From the NCBI GenBank assembly GCA_030037905.1, contig JASHPX010000117.1, positions 108 to 64,107 of the forward strand: a stretch of DNA of 64,000 nucleotides, given 5' to 3'. Shown in pieces: positions 8,756-17,178 of the stretch. Each line of letters starts with the position of its first letter. Position 1 is the first letter of the stretch. The position numbers were made by a program, and so were the translations under genes. This stretch comes from Gammaproteobacteria bacterium. GTDB taxonomy: Bacteria; Pseudomonadota; Gammaproteobacteria; Steroidobacterales; Steroidobacteraceae. Under the pieces are notes generated by a model, which worked only from the letters and a program-made list of their open reading frames with translations, made no database searches and was not told the DNA's origin.

Positions 8756-9099
8756 TGCCTGGCCCAGCTGATCCGCGGCCGTCGGGCGCCGGCCGTGCCG
8801 GCGATGAGACCTTCGTCGCTGCGGGTCCGGGGATGTATCGTCTCCATGCACCGCTGCGGTTTGCGAGCGTTGCGCGGCTGCGTAGCGCGGGTCTTGCGTT
8901 GATCGCGGGCGCGGCCGGCGATCTGACTCTGGACCTTGCAGCAGTGCCAGCCGTCGACAGCGCCGGGCTGGCGTTGCTGATCGATTGGCTCGCGGCTGCA
9001 CGCGCTGCCGGTAAGCGGCTGCGCTATGCGCAGGCACCGCAGGCGCTCATTGCGCTCGCCCGCCTCAGCGAGGTGGAGCCGCTGCTGACGGCTCAGTAG
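8755..9099 (+). CDS. mlaB: MlaB-like STAS-domain protein
   Basis: 114 aa. ATG 8755 overlaps the mlaC stop (TGATG). STAS-like ...DLTLDLAAVPAVDSAGLALLIDWLAAARAAGKRLRY. Position is as in mla operons. Confidence 0.6.
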   Translation: MPGPADPRPSGAGRAGDETFVAAGPGMYRLHAPLRFASVARLRSAGLALIAGAAGDLTLDLAAVPAVDSAGLALLIDWLAAARAAGKRLRYAQAPQALIALARLSEVEPLLTAQ

Positions 9100-9147
9100 G
9101 ACAGGCTCAGTAGGGACAGGCTCAGTAGGGCAGGCTCAGTAGGGGTA
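9091..9147. repeat. Tandem 14-15-bp repeat x4 (GGCTCAGTAGGG-ACA) spanning two convergent stop codons
   Basis: Read directly: gctcagtaggaca / ggctcagtagggaca / ggctcagtagggca / ggctcagtaggggta. The mlaB TAG (9097-9099) lies in unit 1. The minus-strand TGA of the Omp85-like gene (9136-9138) lies in unit 4. Confidence 0.9.
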
Positions 9148-10422
9148 GTTGATACCGGTGAACACCGCGGCACCCTCGCTGCCGTAGCCCACGTCGACGT
9201 AGCCGACGATGAAGGGCGGGGCGATGCCACGCATGCCCAGTCCAACCACATCGTGCAGGTGGCTGACGGGATCGGTACTGTTTCGGCGGAACACCCGGCC
9301 GGTGTCCGCGAACGGCGCGAGCTGCAGGTCGACCGGGGTCGAGGCGAGGTCGAACGAGCCGACTTTCTCGCGCAGCTCGGCGCTGAACGAAGAGGAGTCG
9401 CGGTCCGAGAAGCGACCCAGGCCGAAGCCGCGCAGCGGCTGGGGGCCGCCGATGAAGGCGCGGTCCCCACCGATACTGCTGAGCGCCCAGAAGGGCAGGT
9501 GATGCGCTTCGAGCAGGTAGCGCAGCTCACCATGCAAGGCGAGCACGGTACGCTCGCCGAAGGGCAGGTAGGCGCGCGCTTCGGTCCCGGCTTCGCTATA
9601 GAACGAGGGGTTGAGGAATCCAGTGCGGGCAGCCATGCCGGTGTAGCCGATGATCTGCACGCCTCGGGTGGGCAGGGTCAAGCTGTCCCGCGTATCGTAG
9701 AACAGCAGCACCCGGTTCAGCGTCATGCTGCTGGTGCCAAGGCTGCTCGCCGCTCCGAAGCGCCGCTGGATGGAGGTAATACCCGGTATCGAGCCGGGCA
9801 TCACCTTCACCGTCTCCGTCTGCAGCATGTAGGCGAGTTGGAGCTGCCGGGAGAGGTTCCAGCCCGGCATGGCCTGCACCAGCTCCTCCGCGCTGGTGTA
9901 GTTGGTCTCATCGGCCAGGGTGGTATCGTTGCCGATGCCGAAGAAGCGCGGGGTCCCATCGCGGTAGTACTCCAGCTGCCCGTTGAAGGACCAGGGTTCC
10001 TGCCGGAGCAGTCCGGTCTGGTAGTTGAAGTCCACCTGCCGCTCGACATGCTGGTCGATCTCACTTTGGACCGACCACTGCGTATCGGCGGACGGGTAGT
10101 CATAGATGCTCGCGCCTACGCCCCAACCGAAATAGCTATTTTTGAAGACACTGGGGGAGATGATGCGCTGGATACTGCCGTCCGGGCCGTTCTGCAGCAC
10201 GGTGGGCATCAGGCCGATGGTTTCGCCGCTGTCCGGATCGATGTCGATCTCGGGAATGGGAAGGAAGGGGGCGGTCGAGGGGTCCAGCCAGCTGGACCAG
10301 TCGAGGGCAGCCGCGCGGTCAGGAGTGCCTACCACGACGAGGCTGCAAATCAGCGCCAGACAGGCGATACTCCGGCACCGTATGGCAGCCGGGGGCCGGT
10401 GCCATGCGGGTACGTTGGGCAT
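9136..10422 (-). CDS. Omp85/D15-family outer-membrane beta-barrel without a POTRA-length N-terminus
   Basis: 428 aa from ATG 10422 (GTG 10455 is also possible). Signal peptide ...CLALICSLVVVGTPDRAAA. Alternating beta-strand pattern. C-terminus ...AAVFTGINYPY ends in an aromatic residue. The family call is from recollection of surface-antigen D15 barrels. Confidence 0.55.
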   Translation of the reverse strand: MPNVPAWHRPPAAIRCRSIACLALICSLVVVGTPDRAAALDWSSWLDPSTAPFLPIPEIDIDPDSGETIGLMPTVLQNGPDGSIQRIISPSVFKNSYFGWGVGASIYDYPSADTQWSVQSEIDQHVERQVDFNYQTGLLRQEPWSFNGQLEYYRDGTPRFFGIGNDTTLADETNYTSAEELVQAMPGWNLSRQLQLAYMLQTETVKVMPGSIPGITSIQRRFGAASSLGTSSMTLNRVLLFYDTRDSLTLPTRGVQIIGYTGMAARTGFLNPSFYSEAGTEARAYLPFGERTVLALHGELRYLLEAHHLPFWALSSIGGDRAFIGGPQPLRGFGLGRFSDRDSSSFSAELREKVGSFDLASTPVDLQLAPFADTGRVFRRNSTDPVSHLHDVVGLGMRGIAPPFIVGYVDVGYGSEGAAVFTGINYPY

Positions 10423-10682
10423 CCCCCCGATCAGGGCTGTCCTGGAACTATGCACTGGGTGGGACCCCCGCTCGCTCGCAATGAGAACAGTCTATGCATT
10501 CATGGGGAGGCCATGTTGCTCGATGACGCGGTGTTCGACGACGCGGTGATATGCTCCAACCGGCCGAAGCGGCTGCCGATTGCGGACCGTGGCAGCCGGC
10601 CGTCCGGACGGCGCCTGAGCGGATGCTCCGCCTGTCCGGCCTCGGGGCAGGCGACAGTGGTGCGATCGATATCGGGAGCGCC

Positions 10683-11816
10683 ATGACTCGAGACTCCACG
10701 CGACTGGATGAGGGAGCGGACGAGAAGTACCAGCGGCACATCCTGGTGTACGTGTCGCGCACCTTTGCGCTGACCATCCCGCAGCTGCCGGGCGACCTGC
10801 GCAAGGCTGTGACGACGGCGTACCTGCTGTGCCGTCTGGCCGACACGATCGAGGACGAGCCGAGGCTGTCCGCCGCGCAGAAGCTGCACTACCTGACGGC
10901 TTTCAGCCGCGTGGCTGCCGGTGCGGCTGATCCTGAGGCGCTCGCTCTGGAGCTCGCGCCACTGCTGTCCGAGCAGACCTCCGACCATGAGCGTGACCTG
11001 GTCACCAATATGGCACGCGTGATCCGTGTGTGCCGCGGCCTCGATCCGCGCGCACAGAAGGCGATCGGCCGTTGCGTGGAGATCATGTGTGTCGGCATGC
11101 ATCATTACCAGCGCAGCGCGAGCGTACATGGCCTGCCGCGCCTGAAGGACATGGATAGCTACTGCTACCATGTGGCCGGTGTGGTGGGCGAGATGCTCAC
11201 GGACCTCTTCTGCACATACTCGCCCGAGATCAATGTGCACGCGGCGGCGTTGCGGCGCCTGGCCCCATCCTTCGGCCAGGGGTTGCAGATGACCAACATT
11301 CTGAAGGACCTGTGGGAGGATCGCAGCCGTGGCGCGTGCTGGCTGCCGCAGGAGGTGTTTGCGCGGCGCGGCTTCGAGCTGGACCTGCTGCGCGCGCGCG
11401 AGGAGCGCAGCTTCTGCGACAGTCTGCAGGAGCTGATCGGCATTGCCCACGGGCACCTGCGTCACGCCCTATCCTTCACGCTGTTGATCCCCTCGCACGA
11501 GACCGGCATCCGGCGATTCTGTTCCTGGTCGATTGGCCTGGCGCTGCTGACGCTGCGCTCCATCAAGGATAATCCGCATTTTACCGCCGGTGCACAGGTC
11601 AAGATCTCGCGCCGCGAGGTGATGATGGTAACCGCCCTCTCCAACCTGACGGTGCACAGCGATCGCATGCTGACACGTCTGTTCGAGTATGCGGCGCGCG
11701 ATCTGCCGCTGATCACGCAGCCGAACGCGCGGGGTGGCTCGGAGCTGCATCCTCCGATTCGTCAGCAATGGGAGCGCGAGCGGGAAGCGAGCCTGCATTC
11801 CGCGTCGAGCAGCTGA
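10683..11816 (+). CDS. sqs: Squalene synthase (single-enzyme, eukaryote-type farnesyl-diphosphate farnesyltransferase)
   Basis: 377 aa from ATG 10683. Motifs YLLCRLADTIED, YCYHVAGVVGEMLT, QMTNILKDLWED. Lies immediately upstream of shc. Confidence 0.85.
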   Translation: MTRDSTRLDEGADEKYQRHILVYVSRTFALTIPQLPGDLRKAVTTAYLLCRLADTIEDEPRLSAAQKLHYLTAFSRVAAGAADPEALALELAPLLSEQTSDHERDLVTNMARVIRVCRGLDPRAQKAIGRCVEIMCVGMHHYQRSASVHGLPRLKDMDSYCYHVAGVVGEMLTDLFCTYSPEINVHAAALRRLAPSFGQGLQMTNILKDLWEDRSRGACWLPQEVFARRGFELDLLRAREERSFCDSLQELIGIAHGHLRHALSFTLLIPSHETGIRRFCSWSIGLALLTLRSIKDNPHFTAGAQVKISRREVMMVTALSNLTVHSDRMLTRLFEYAARDLPLITQPNARGGSELHPPIRQQWEREREASLHSASSS

Positions 11817-11826
11817 GGACATCTGC

Positions 11827-13812
11827 GTGGTGGTAGAGCGAGCACTGGATGTTGCAATCCCGGGCGGTATCGGCGCGTCCGAGCTGGATCGGGCCGTGCT
11901 ACGCGCGCGCGAGGCGCTGCTCGAGCTGCAACGTCCCGATGGACACTGGTCTTTCGAGCTGGAAGCCGACTGTACCATTCCGGCCGAATACATCCTAATG
12001 ATGCACTTTCTGGCCGAGCTGGACGCCCCACTGCAGGCCAAGCTCGCAGTGTACCTGCGCGAGCGCCAGGCCGAGCACGGCGGCTGGCCGCTCTACCACG
12101 GTGGGGCTTTCGATATCAGCTGCAGCGTCAAGGTCTACTACGCGCTCAAGCTCGCCGGCGACGGCGTCGAGGCGCCACACATGCAGCGCGCGCGGCGCGC
12201 GATCCTGGAGCATGGTGGGGCGGCGCGCGCCAACGTCTTCACGCGCATCACGCTGGCCATGTTCGCCCAGGTGCCCTGGCGCGCGGTGCCGTACATCCCG
12301 GTGGAGATCATGCTGCTGCCGAGCTGGTTTCCCTTCCACCTGGACAAGGTGTCGTACTGGTCGCGAACCGTCATGGTGCCGCTGCTGGTGCTCTGTACCC
12401 TGCGGGCGCGCGCGCTGAACCCGGCCGGCGTCGGCATACAGGAGCTCTTCAGCGTGCCGGCGGAGCGCGAGCGGCATTACTTTCGGCGCCGCGGGCCGAT
12501 CAACCGCCTGTTCATGCTGCTCGACCGCGCGGGTCGTATCGCCGATGCGTGGATTCCGCGGCGGGTGCGCACGCTGGCGATGCGCCGGGCGGAAGCATGG
12601 ATCCTGGAGCGGTTGAACGGCGAGGATGGGCTCGGGGCGATCTTCCCGGCGATGGTCAATGCGCTCGAGGTCATGGTGCTGCTGGGTTACCCGCGCGAAG
12701 AGCCGCACCGACGGCTGGCCGAGCGCGCGTTGCGCAAGCTTCTGGTGGTCGGGGAGACCCGCGCCTACTGCCAGCCGTGCCTCTCACCGGTGTGGGACAC
12801 GGCCCTTGCCGCCCTGGCGCTGCAGGCCGAGGGGAGCGACGCCGCGCGGGCGGCCGCGCGGCATGGACTCGAGTGGTTGCGACCGCTGCAGCTGGCCACC
12901 GACGCCCCCGGGGATTGGCGGGCACGTCGAGCGCAGCTGGCGGGCGGCGGTTGGGCATTTCAGTATCGCAACGACTACTACCCGGACCTCGACGACACGG
13001 CGGTGGTCGCCTGGGCGATGATCGATCAGCCTGCTGCTCCCGAGGCAGTTCCGGCGGTCGAGGCACAGCCTGCGGCGCGCTCCGCCGCATCCTTCGACGC
13101 TGCCGTGGAACGGGCCCTCGACTGGCTGGCCGGCATGCAGAGCAGGGGGGGCGGCTTCGCCGCATTCGACGTCGACAACACCTACTACTACCTCAATCAC
13201 ATCCCATTTGCCGATCACGGCGCGCTGCTCGACCCGCCCACGGCCGATGTGACCGGCCGGACGGTCACGGCGCTCGCCCGCCGCGCGCGAGGGCAGGACC
13301 GCTCGGCGCTCGCGGCGGCGTTGTCGTACCTGCGCAATGAGCAGGAGAGCAACGGCTCCTGGTTCGGTCGCTGGGGTAGCAACTACATCTACGGCACCTG
13401 GTCGGTACTGGTGGCCTTCGGGGCGGCGGGCTTCGACGCGAGCGATCCCGGCGTGCGGCGCGCGATCGATTGGCTGCGCGCCTGCCAGAACGAGGACGGT
13501 GGTTGGGGCGAGAGCAACGATAGCTACCAGGATCCGGCGCTGGCAGGGCGCGGCCTCGGTAGCACGCCCTATCAGACGGCCTGGGCGCTGCTCGGATTGT
13601 TGGCCGTGAATTGCGAGGATACTGCCCTGATCGAGAGCGGCGTCGACTACCTGCTGCGCAACCAGGGCTCCGGGGGACTCTGGCATCATCCGAGCTTCAC
13701 GGCGCCGGGTTTTCCGCGCGTGTTCTATCTGAAATACCACGGCTACTGCGCCTACTTTCCGCTGTGGGCGCTGGCGAGCTACCGCCGACGCCTCATCCAG
13801 ACCCGCCGCTGA
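11827..13812 (+). CDS. shc: Squalene-hopene cyclase
   Basis: 661 aa from GTG 11827, with GAGGA 7 nt upstream, just after the sqs stop. An alternative GTG at 11734 would overlap sqs. Motifs LQRPDGHWSFELEADCTIPAEYILMMHF, catalytic DLDDTAVV (DxDD), and QW repeats (NEDGGWGES). Confidence 0.93.
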   Translation: MVVERALDVAIPGGIGASELDRAVLRAREALLELQRPDGHWSFELEADCTIPAEYILMMHFLAELDAPLQAKLAVYLRERQAEHGGWPLYHGGAFDISCSVKVYYALKLAGDGVEAPHMQRARRAILEHGGAARANVFTRITLAMFAQVPWRAVPYIPVEIMLLPSWFPFHLDKVSYWSRTVMVPLLVLCTLRARALNPAGVGIQELFSVPAERERHYFRRRGPINRLFMLLDRAGRIADAWIPRRVRTLAMRRAEAWILERLNGEDGLGAIFPAMVNALEVMVLLGYPREEPHRRLAERALRKLLVVGETRAYCQPCLSPVWDTALAALALQAEGSDAARAAARHGLEWLRPLQLATDAPGDWRARRAQLAGGGWAFQYRNDYYPDLDDTAVVAWAMIDQPAAPEAVPAVEAQPAARSAASFDAAVERALDWLAGMQSRGGGFAAFDVDNTYYYLNHIPFADHGALLDPPTADVTGRTVTALARRARGQDRSALAAALSYLRNEQESNGSWFGRWGSNYIYGTWSVLVAFGAAGFDASDPGVRRAIDWLRACQNEDGGWGESNDSYQDPALAGRGLGSTPYQTAWALLGLLAVNCEDTALIESGVDYLLRNQGSGGLWHHPSFTAPGFPRVFYLKYHGYCAYFPLWALASYRRRLIQTRR

Positions 13813-13825
13813 GGCGGCCTGGGCC

Positions 13826-14593
13826 GTGAGCTGCGCCGGCGTCAATGTCACTGGAGTGGTCGCCGCGCTGCGCTCGGAGGCGGGCACTCTGGCCGGCGGC
13901 CGGGGCGGGCTGATGGTACGCACCAGCGGCATGGGCTGTGAGCGTGCGGCGCATACCGCGGTGGAGCTGGTGCGCGCGGGCGCTGGAGCGCTGCTGTGCT
14001 GGGGCGTAGCCGGTGCGCTGGACCCCGCACTTCGATGTGGAGACATCGTGCTGGCGAGCGAGGTGATGTGCGAGGCGCCTCTCGAGCTGCAGGTGGGTGG
14101 GATGCGTCCTGCGAGCGTTCCCACACATGCGCGGCTGTGCACCTCGGAGCTCTGGCGCGGGCAGCTGCAGGCTGCGCTGTTGCAGCAGGGCGCGGTGACG
14201 CAGGGAACGATCCTCACGCGCAATGAAGTCGCCTGCGAGGCAGCGCTCAAGACCAGATTGTTCCGCGAGACTGCGGCGGTCGCGGTGGACCTGGAGAGCG
14301 CGGCGGTTGGCGCAGTGGCCAGCCTGTACGGCCTGCCATTCATGGTCGTGCGCGTGATCGCCGACACCGCCGCGGACACGCTGCCGGAGGTCGTGCGCAC
14401 ATTCGCGACACCCGGCCCCAAGGGATCGCCCGGCTGGCGCAGCTGGCTGGCGCTGCTGTGTGCCCCCGGGGCGTGGCCCGGGCTGCTGCAGCTCGCGCGC
14501 CGCTACCGCGTGGCGCGGCACGTGCTGCAACGGTGCGGGCGCGCGCCCTGGAGCGGACCTTGCACACCTGCCCAGGCCGGGGCAGAGTCGTGA
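13826..14593 (+). CDS. hpnG: HpnG, hopanoid-associated nucleosidase/phosphorylase (PNP_UDP fold)
   Basis: 255 aa with a GTG start. Motifs LLCWGVAGALDP and AVAVDLESAAVGAVA...MVVRVIADTA. Position is between shc and hpnA. Confidence 0.8.
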   Translation: MSCAGVNVTGVVAALRSEAGTLAGGRGGLMVRTSGMGCERAAHTAVELVRAGAGALLCWGVAGALDPALRCGDIVLASEVMCEAPLELQVGGMRPASVPTHARLCTSELWRGQLQAALLQQGAVTQGTILTRNEVACEAALKTRLFRETAAVAVDLESAAVGAVASLYGLPFMVVRVIADTAADTLPEVVRTFATPGPKGSPGWRSWLALLCAPGAWPGLLQLARRYRVARHVLQRCGRAPWSGPCTPAQAGAES

Positions 14594-15606
14594 AAGCGCT
14601 GGTGACCGGTGCGACCGGCTTCGTCGGAGCCGCCGTGGTGCGCTCGCTGCTGCGCGCGGGCTGGCCGGTACGCGCGCTGCTGCGCGCGGGGTCCGACCGG
14701 CGCAATCTCTCGGGTCTCGAGGTGGAGCTCGCCATGGGCGAGCTGGCCGACGAGGTCTCGCTCGAGCGAGCGCTGCAGGGCTGCGAGGCGCTGTTCCACG
14801 TGGCCGCGGAATATCGGCTGTGGACAGCCGATCCGCAGAGCCTGTACCGCAGCAACGTCGAAGGCACGCGCCGGCTGCTGGAGGTCGCCTGGCGCGCGGG
14901 CGTCACCCGCATCGTCTATACCAGCAGCGTAGCCACTCTCGGACTGCGCGCCGACGGTCAGCCTGCGGACGAGCAGACCCCAGCGCAGCTGTCGGACATG
15001 ATCGGGCACTACAAACGCTCCAAATATCTCGCGGAGCAGTGGGTGCTGCAGGCAGCGCGCGCGGGGTTGCCGGTCGTCATCGTCAACCCATCCACACCCA
15101 TTGGTCCGGGGGACGTCAAGCCCACGCCGACGGGGCGGATCGTGCTGGACGCGGCGAATGGCCGCACGCCGGCCTATGTCGATACGGGGCTCAACGTCGT
15201 GCACGTCGATGACGTCGCCGAGGGTCATCTGCTCGCCTTCGAGCGCGGGCGCATCGGCGAGCGCTACATCCTGGGCGGCACCGACATGACGCTGCAGCAG
15301 ATCCTGACAACGATTGCGCAGCTGGTGGGTCGGCCACCGCCGCGCGTGCGCCTGCCACACGCGCTCGTTCTGCCCCTGGCCTATGCGGCCGAGGCGTACG
15401 CGCGCCTGACCCACGGCGATACTCGCATCACCGTAGACGGCGTGCGTATGGCGCGCCACCACATGTTTTTTTCCAGCTCCAAGGCCGCGGGCGAGCTGGG
15501 CTATCGCGCTCGCCCGGCGCAGCAGGCACTCGAGGACGCGGTGCGGTGGTTTCAGTCGGACACATTCAGAGTCGGACACATACAGAGGGAACAGTCCCAA
15601 CGATGA
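14590..15606 (+). CDS. hpnA: HpnA, hopanoid-associated NAD-dependent sugar epimerase-like protein
   Basis: 338 aa. GTG 14590 overlaps the hpnG stop (GTGA). Rossmann motif VTGATGFVGAAVV and YKRSK catalytic motif. The last ~16 codons lie in repeat element A. Confidence 0.8.
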   Translation: MKALVTGATGFVGAAVVRSLLRAGWPVRALLRAGSDRRNLSGLEVELAMGELADEVSLERALQGCEALFHVAAEYRLWTADPQSLYRSNVEGTRRLLEVAWRAGVTRIVYTSSVATLGLRADGQPADEQTPAQLSDMIGHYKRSKYLAEQWVLQAARAGLPVVIVNPSTPIGPGDVKPTPTGRIVLDAANGRTPAYVDTGLNVVHVDDVAEGHLLAFERGRIGERYILGGTDMTLQQILTTIAQLVGRPPPRVRLPHALVLPLAYAAEAYARLTHGDTRITVDGVRMARHHMFFSSSKAAGELGYRARPAQQALEDAVRWFQSDTFRVGHIQREQSQR

Positions 15607-15692
15607 CATCGATACAGCCTGAAGAGATTCCTCTGATGAATCTCTTCAGGCTGTATCGATGCCATCGCTCGAGTTGCACCCTTTGAATGTAT
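15551..15692 (+). repeat. MITE/REP-like element, copy A (with a 16-bp internal duplication and a nested palindrome)
   Basis: Shares ttcagtcggacacattcagag...ggaacag(t/g)cccaacgatg...ccatcgct(c/g)gagttgcacc(c/t)cttgaatgt with copy B at 17104-17172. It additionally carries tcggacacat(t/a)cagag twice and a 55-bp palindromic insert. Confidence 0.85.
15607..15661. repeat. Perfect 24-bp inverted repeat with 7-nt loop, nested in element A
   Basis: catcgatacagcctgaagagattc-ctctgat-gaatctcttcaggctgtatcgatg. It begins 1 nt after the hpnA stop. It is absent from copy B, where caacgatg|ccatcgct is contiguous. Confidence 0.9.
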
Positions 15693-15724
15693 CCGGCTCG
15701 GGGGGTGCCAATCGGGGGTGCCGC

Positions 15725-16099
15725 TCAGCGATGCGCTCCGGCTCGCCGGAGCCAGAGGCTCCTGTAGGCGGCGAGGTTGACCACCACCACGATGGCTGCC
15801 AGTGCCAGCTGCATCGAGCGTGTGAGCGCGGCCGGGTACAGCGCCGCGGTCACGTAGTGCTGCAGGAAGTCCCCACTGTAGGGTGTCTCGCCGGCAGCGG
15901 CGCGCAGTGAATTCTCCAGCCCGGTCAGCGGGCAGGGCCAACCGGTCAGCTCCACCGTCGCTCCCCAGGCTGCACAGGGCAAATGCAGCCACGCCAGCAG
16001 GCGCCAGCGCCGCACCAGCCACCCTCCCACCACGACGAACAGTGCGAATGCGCCGTGCAGCAGCAGTACCAGGTCGACCAGGACGTGTGACAGCAGCAC
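15725..16099 (-). CDS. Small membrane protein, DUF2784-like
   Basis: 124 aa with a GTG start and 4 predicted TM segments. The motif WPCPLTGLEN matches my recollection of DUF2784. Confidence 0.6.
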   Translation of the reverse strand: MLLSHVLVDLVLLLHGAFALFVVVGGWLVRRWRLLAWLHLPCAAWGATVELTGWPCPLTGLENSLRAAAGETPYSGDFLQHYVTAALYPAALTRSMQLALAAIVVVVNLAAYRSLWLRRAGAHR

Positions 16100-16110
16100 G
16101 AGCGCCAGCG

Positions 16111-17094
16111 CTACGCCGCCACCCGCAAGACGACCTTTCCCATGTGCCGCCCACTCTCCATCAGCCGGTGCGCCTCGCTCGCCTGTTCCAGCGGAAACAC
16201 CGCATGCACATGCGGGCGTATGTCGCCCGCGCTGATCGCCGGCCAGATGTGCTCGAACAACGCATCGCGGATCCCGGCTTTCTCGGCGACGCTGCGCGGG
16301 CGCATGGCCGAGCCGGTCAGATGCAGGCGCTTGCCCAGCACGGGGCGCAGATCGATCTGGCCGCGGCTGCCCTGCATGAAGCCGATGAACACCAGGCGAC
16401 CATTCTGCCGCAGCACCCGCAGATTGCGCTCCAGATAGGCGGCACCCACCATGTCGAGCACCACGTCGACGCCCTCACCGAAGGTATATGCAAGCGCGCG
16501 CTCGGCGAAGTCATCGTGGCGATATTCGATGGCGGCCTGAGCGCCGAATTCCCGGCACAAGCGTGCCTTCTCGCCGTCGCCCACCGTGACGATCGTTTGC
16601 GCACCCAGATGCGTAGCCAGCTGGATGGCCGCCAGGCCGATGCCGCTGGCGCCACCGTGCACCAGCAGCCGCTCACCGGCGCGCAGCTGCGCGAGATCCA
16701 CGAGGTTGGCCCACACCGTGAACCATACTTCCGGCAGGCTCGCGGCCGCTTCCGGCGATAGCCCCGCGGGAATGGGCAGCGCGTGGCGCGCCGGGGTGAC
16801 GCAGTACTCTGCGTATCCGCCGCCCGGTACCAACGCGCACACGCTGTCCCCGACCTGCCATTCGCCGACGTGCGCACCGAGCGCTGCCACGGTGCCGGCG
16901 ACCTCGAGCCCCAGGATCGGCGAGGCTCCGGGCGGGGGAGGATAGTTGCCCTGGCGCTGCAGGAGGTCGGGCCGATTGACGCCGGCCGCCAACACCCGCA
17001 CGAGGATCTGGCCCGCTGCAGGTGTCGGAACATCCCCTGCTTCGATGTGCAGCGATGCAGCGCTGCCGTCACCGCCGTAGGCCACGTATTTCAT
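16111..17094 (-). CDS. NAD(P)H:quinone oxidoreductase (zinc-type ADH superfamily, PIG3/Qor-like)
   Basis: 327 aa from ATG 17094 (MKYVAYGG...). Motifs VLAAGVNRPDLLQRQGNYPPPPGASPILGLEVAG and LVHGGASGIGLAAIQLA. Confidence 0.85.
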   Translation of the reverse strand: MKYVAYGGDGSAASLHIEAGDVPTPAAGQILVRVLAAGVNRPDLLQRQGNYPPPPGASPILGLEVAGTVAALGAHVGEWQVGDSVCALVPGGGYAEYCVTPARHALPIPAGLSPEAAASLPEVWFTVWANLVDLAQLRAGERLLVHGGASGIGLAAIQLATHLGAQTIVTVGDGEKARLCREFGAQAAIEYRHDDFAERALAYTFGEGVDVVLDMVGAAYLERNLRVLRQNGRLVFIGFMQGSRGQIDLRPVLGKRLHLTGSAMRPRSVAEKAGIRDALFEHIWPAISAGDIRPHVHAVFPLEQASEAHRLMESGRHMGKVVLRVAA

Positions 17095-17103
17095 GTGCAA
17101 GTC

Positions 17104-17172
17104 TTCAGTCGGACACATTCAGAGGGAACAGGCCCAACGATGCCATCGCTGGAGTTGCACCCCTTGAATGTG
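17104..17172 (+). repeat. MITE/REP-like element, copy B (compact form)
   Basis: Same orientation as copy A. Imperfect terminal inverted repeats acattcagaggg / cccttgaatgt. It lies between the qor-like start (17094) and the hpnK stop (17179). Confidence 0.85.
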
Positions 17173-17178
17173 ACGACT

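Noticed and set aside
9091-9147. The tandem repeats at 9091-9147, 32612-32701, 44851-44905 and 55629-55683 were considered as CRISPR arrays.
   Set aside because: The units are contiguous with no unique spacers, are only 11-18 bp long, and no cas genes are present.
9253-10686. Long antisense ORFs across the window. Examples: 3041-4252 (+) 403 aa, 9253-10686 (+) 477 aa, 12784-14421 (-) 545 aa, 24252-25661 (-) 469 aa, 30986-32722 (+) 578 aa, 41004-42752 (+) 582 aa.
   Set aside because: Each lies opposite a gene with clear family motifs. Their translations are Arg/Ala/Gly/Pro-rich with no recognisable domains, as expected for stop-poor antisense frames in very GC-rich DNA.
15607-15661. The 24-bp-stem hairpin right after hpnA looked like a rho-independent terminator.
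   Set aside because: No U-tract follows it (the next bases are ccatcgctcgag), and it is nested in a repeat element, so I did not call it a terminator.
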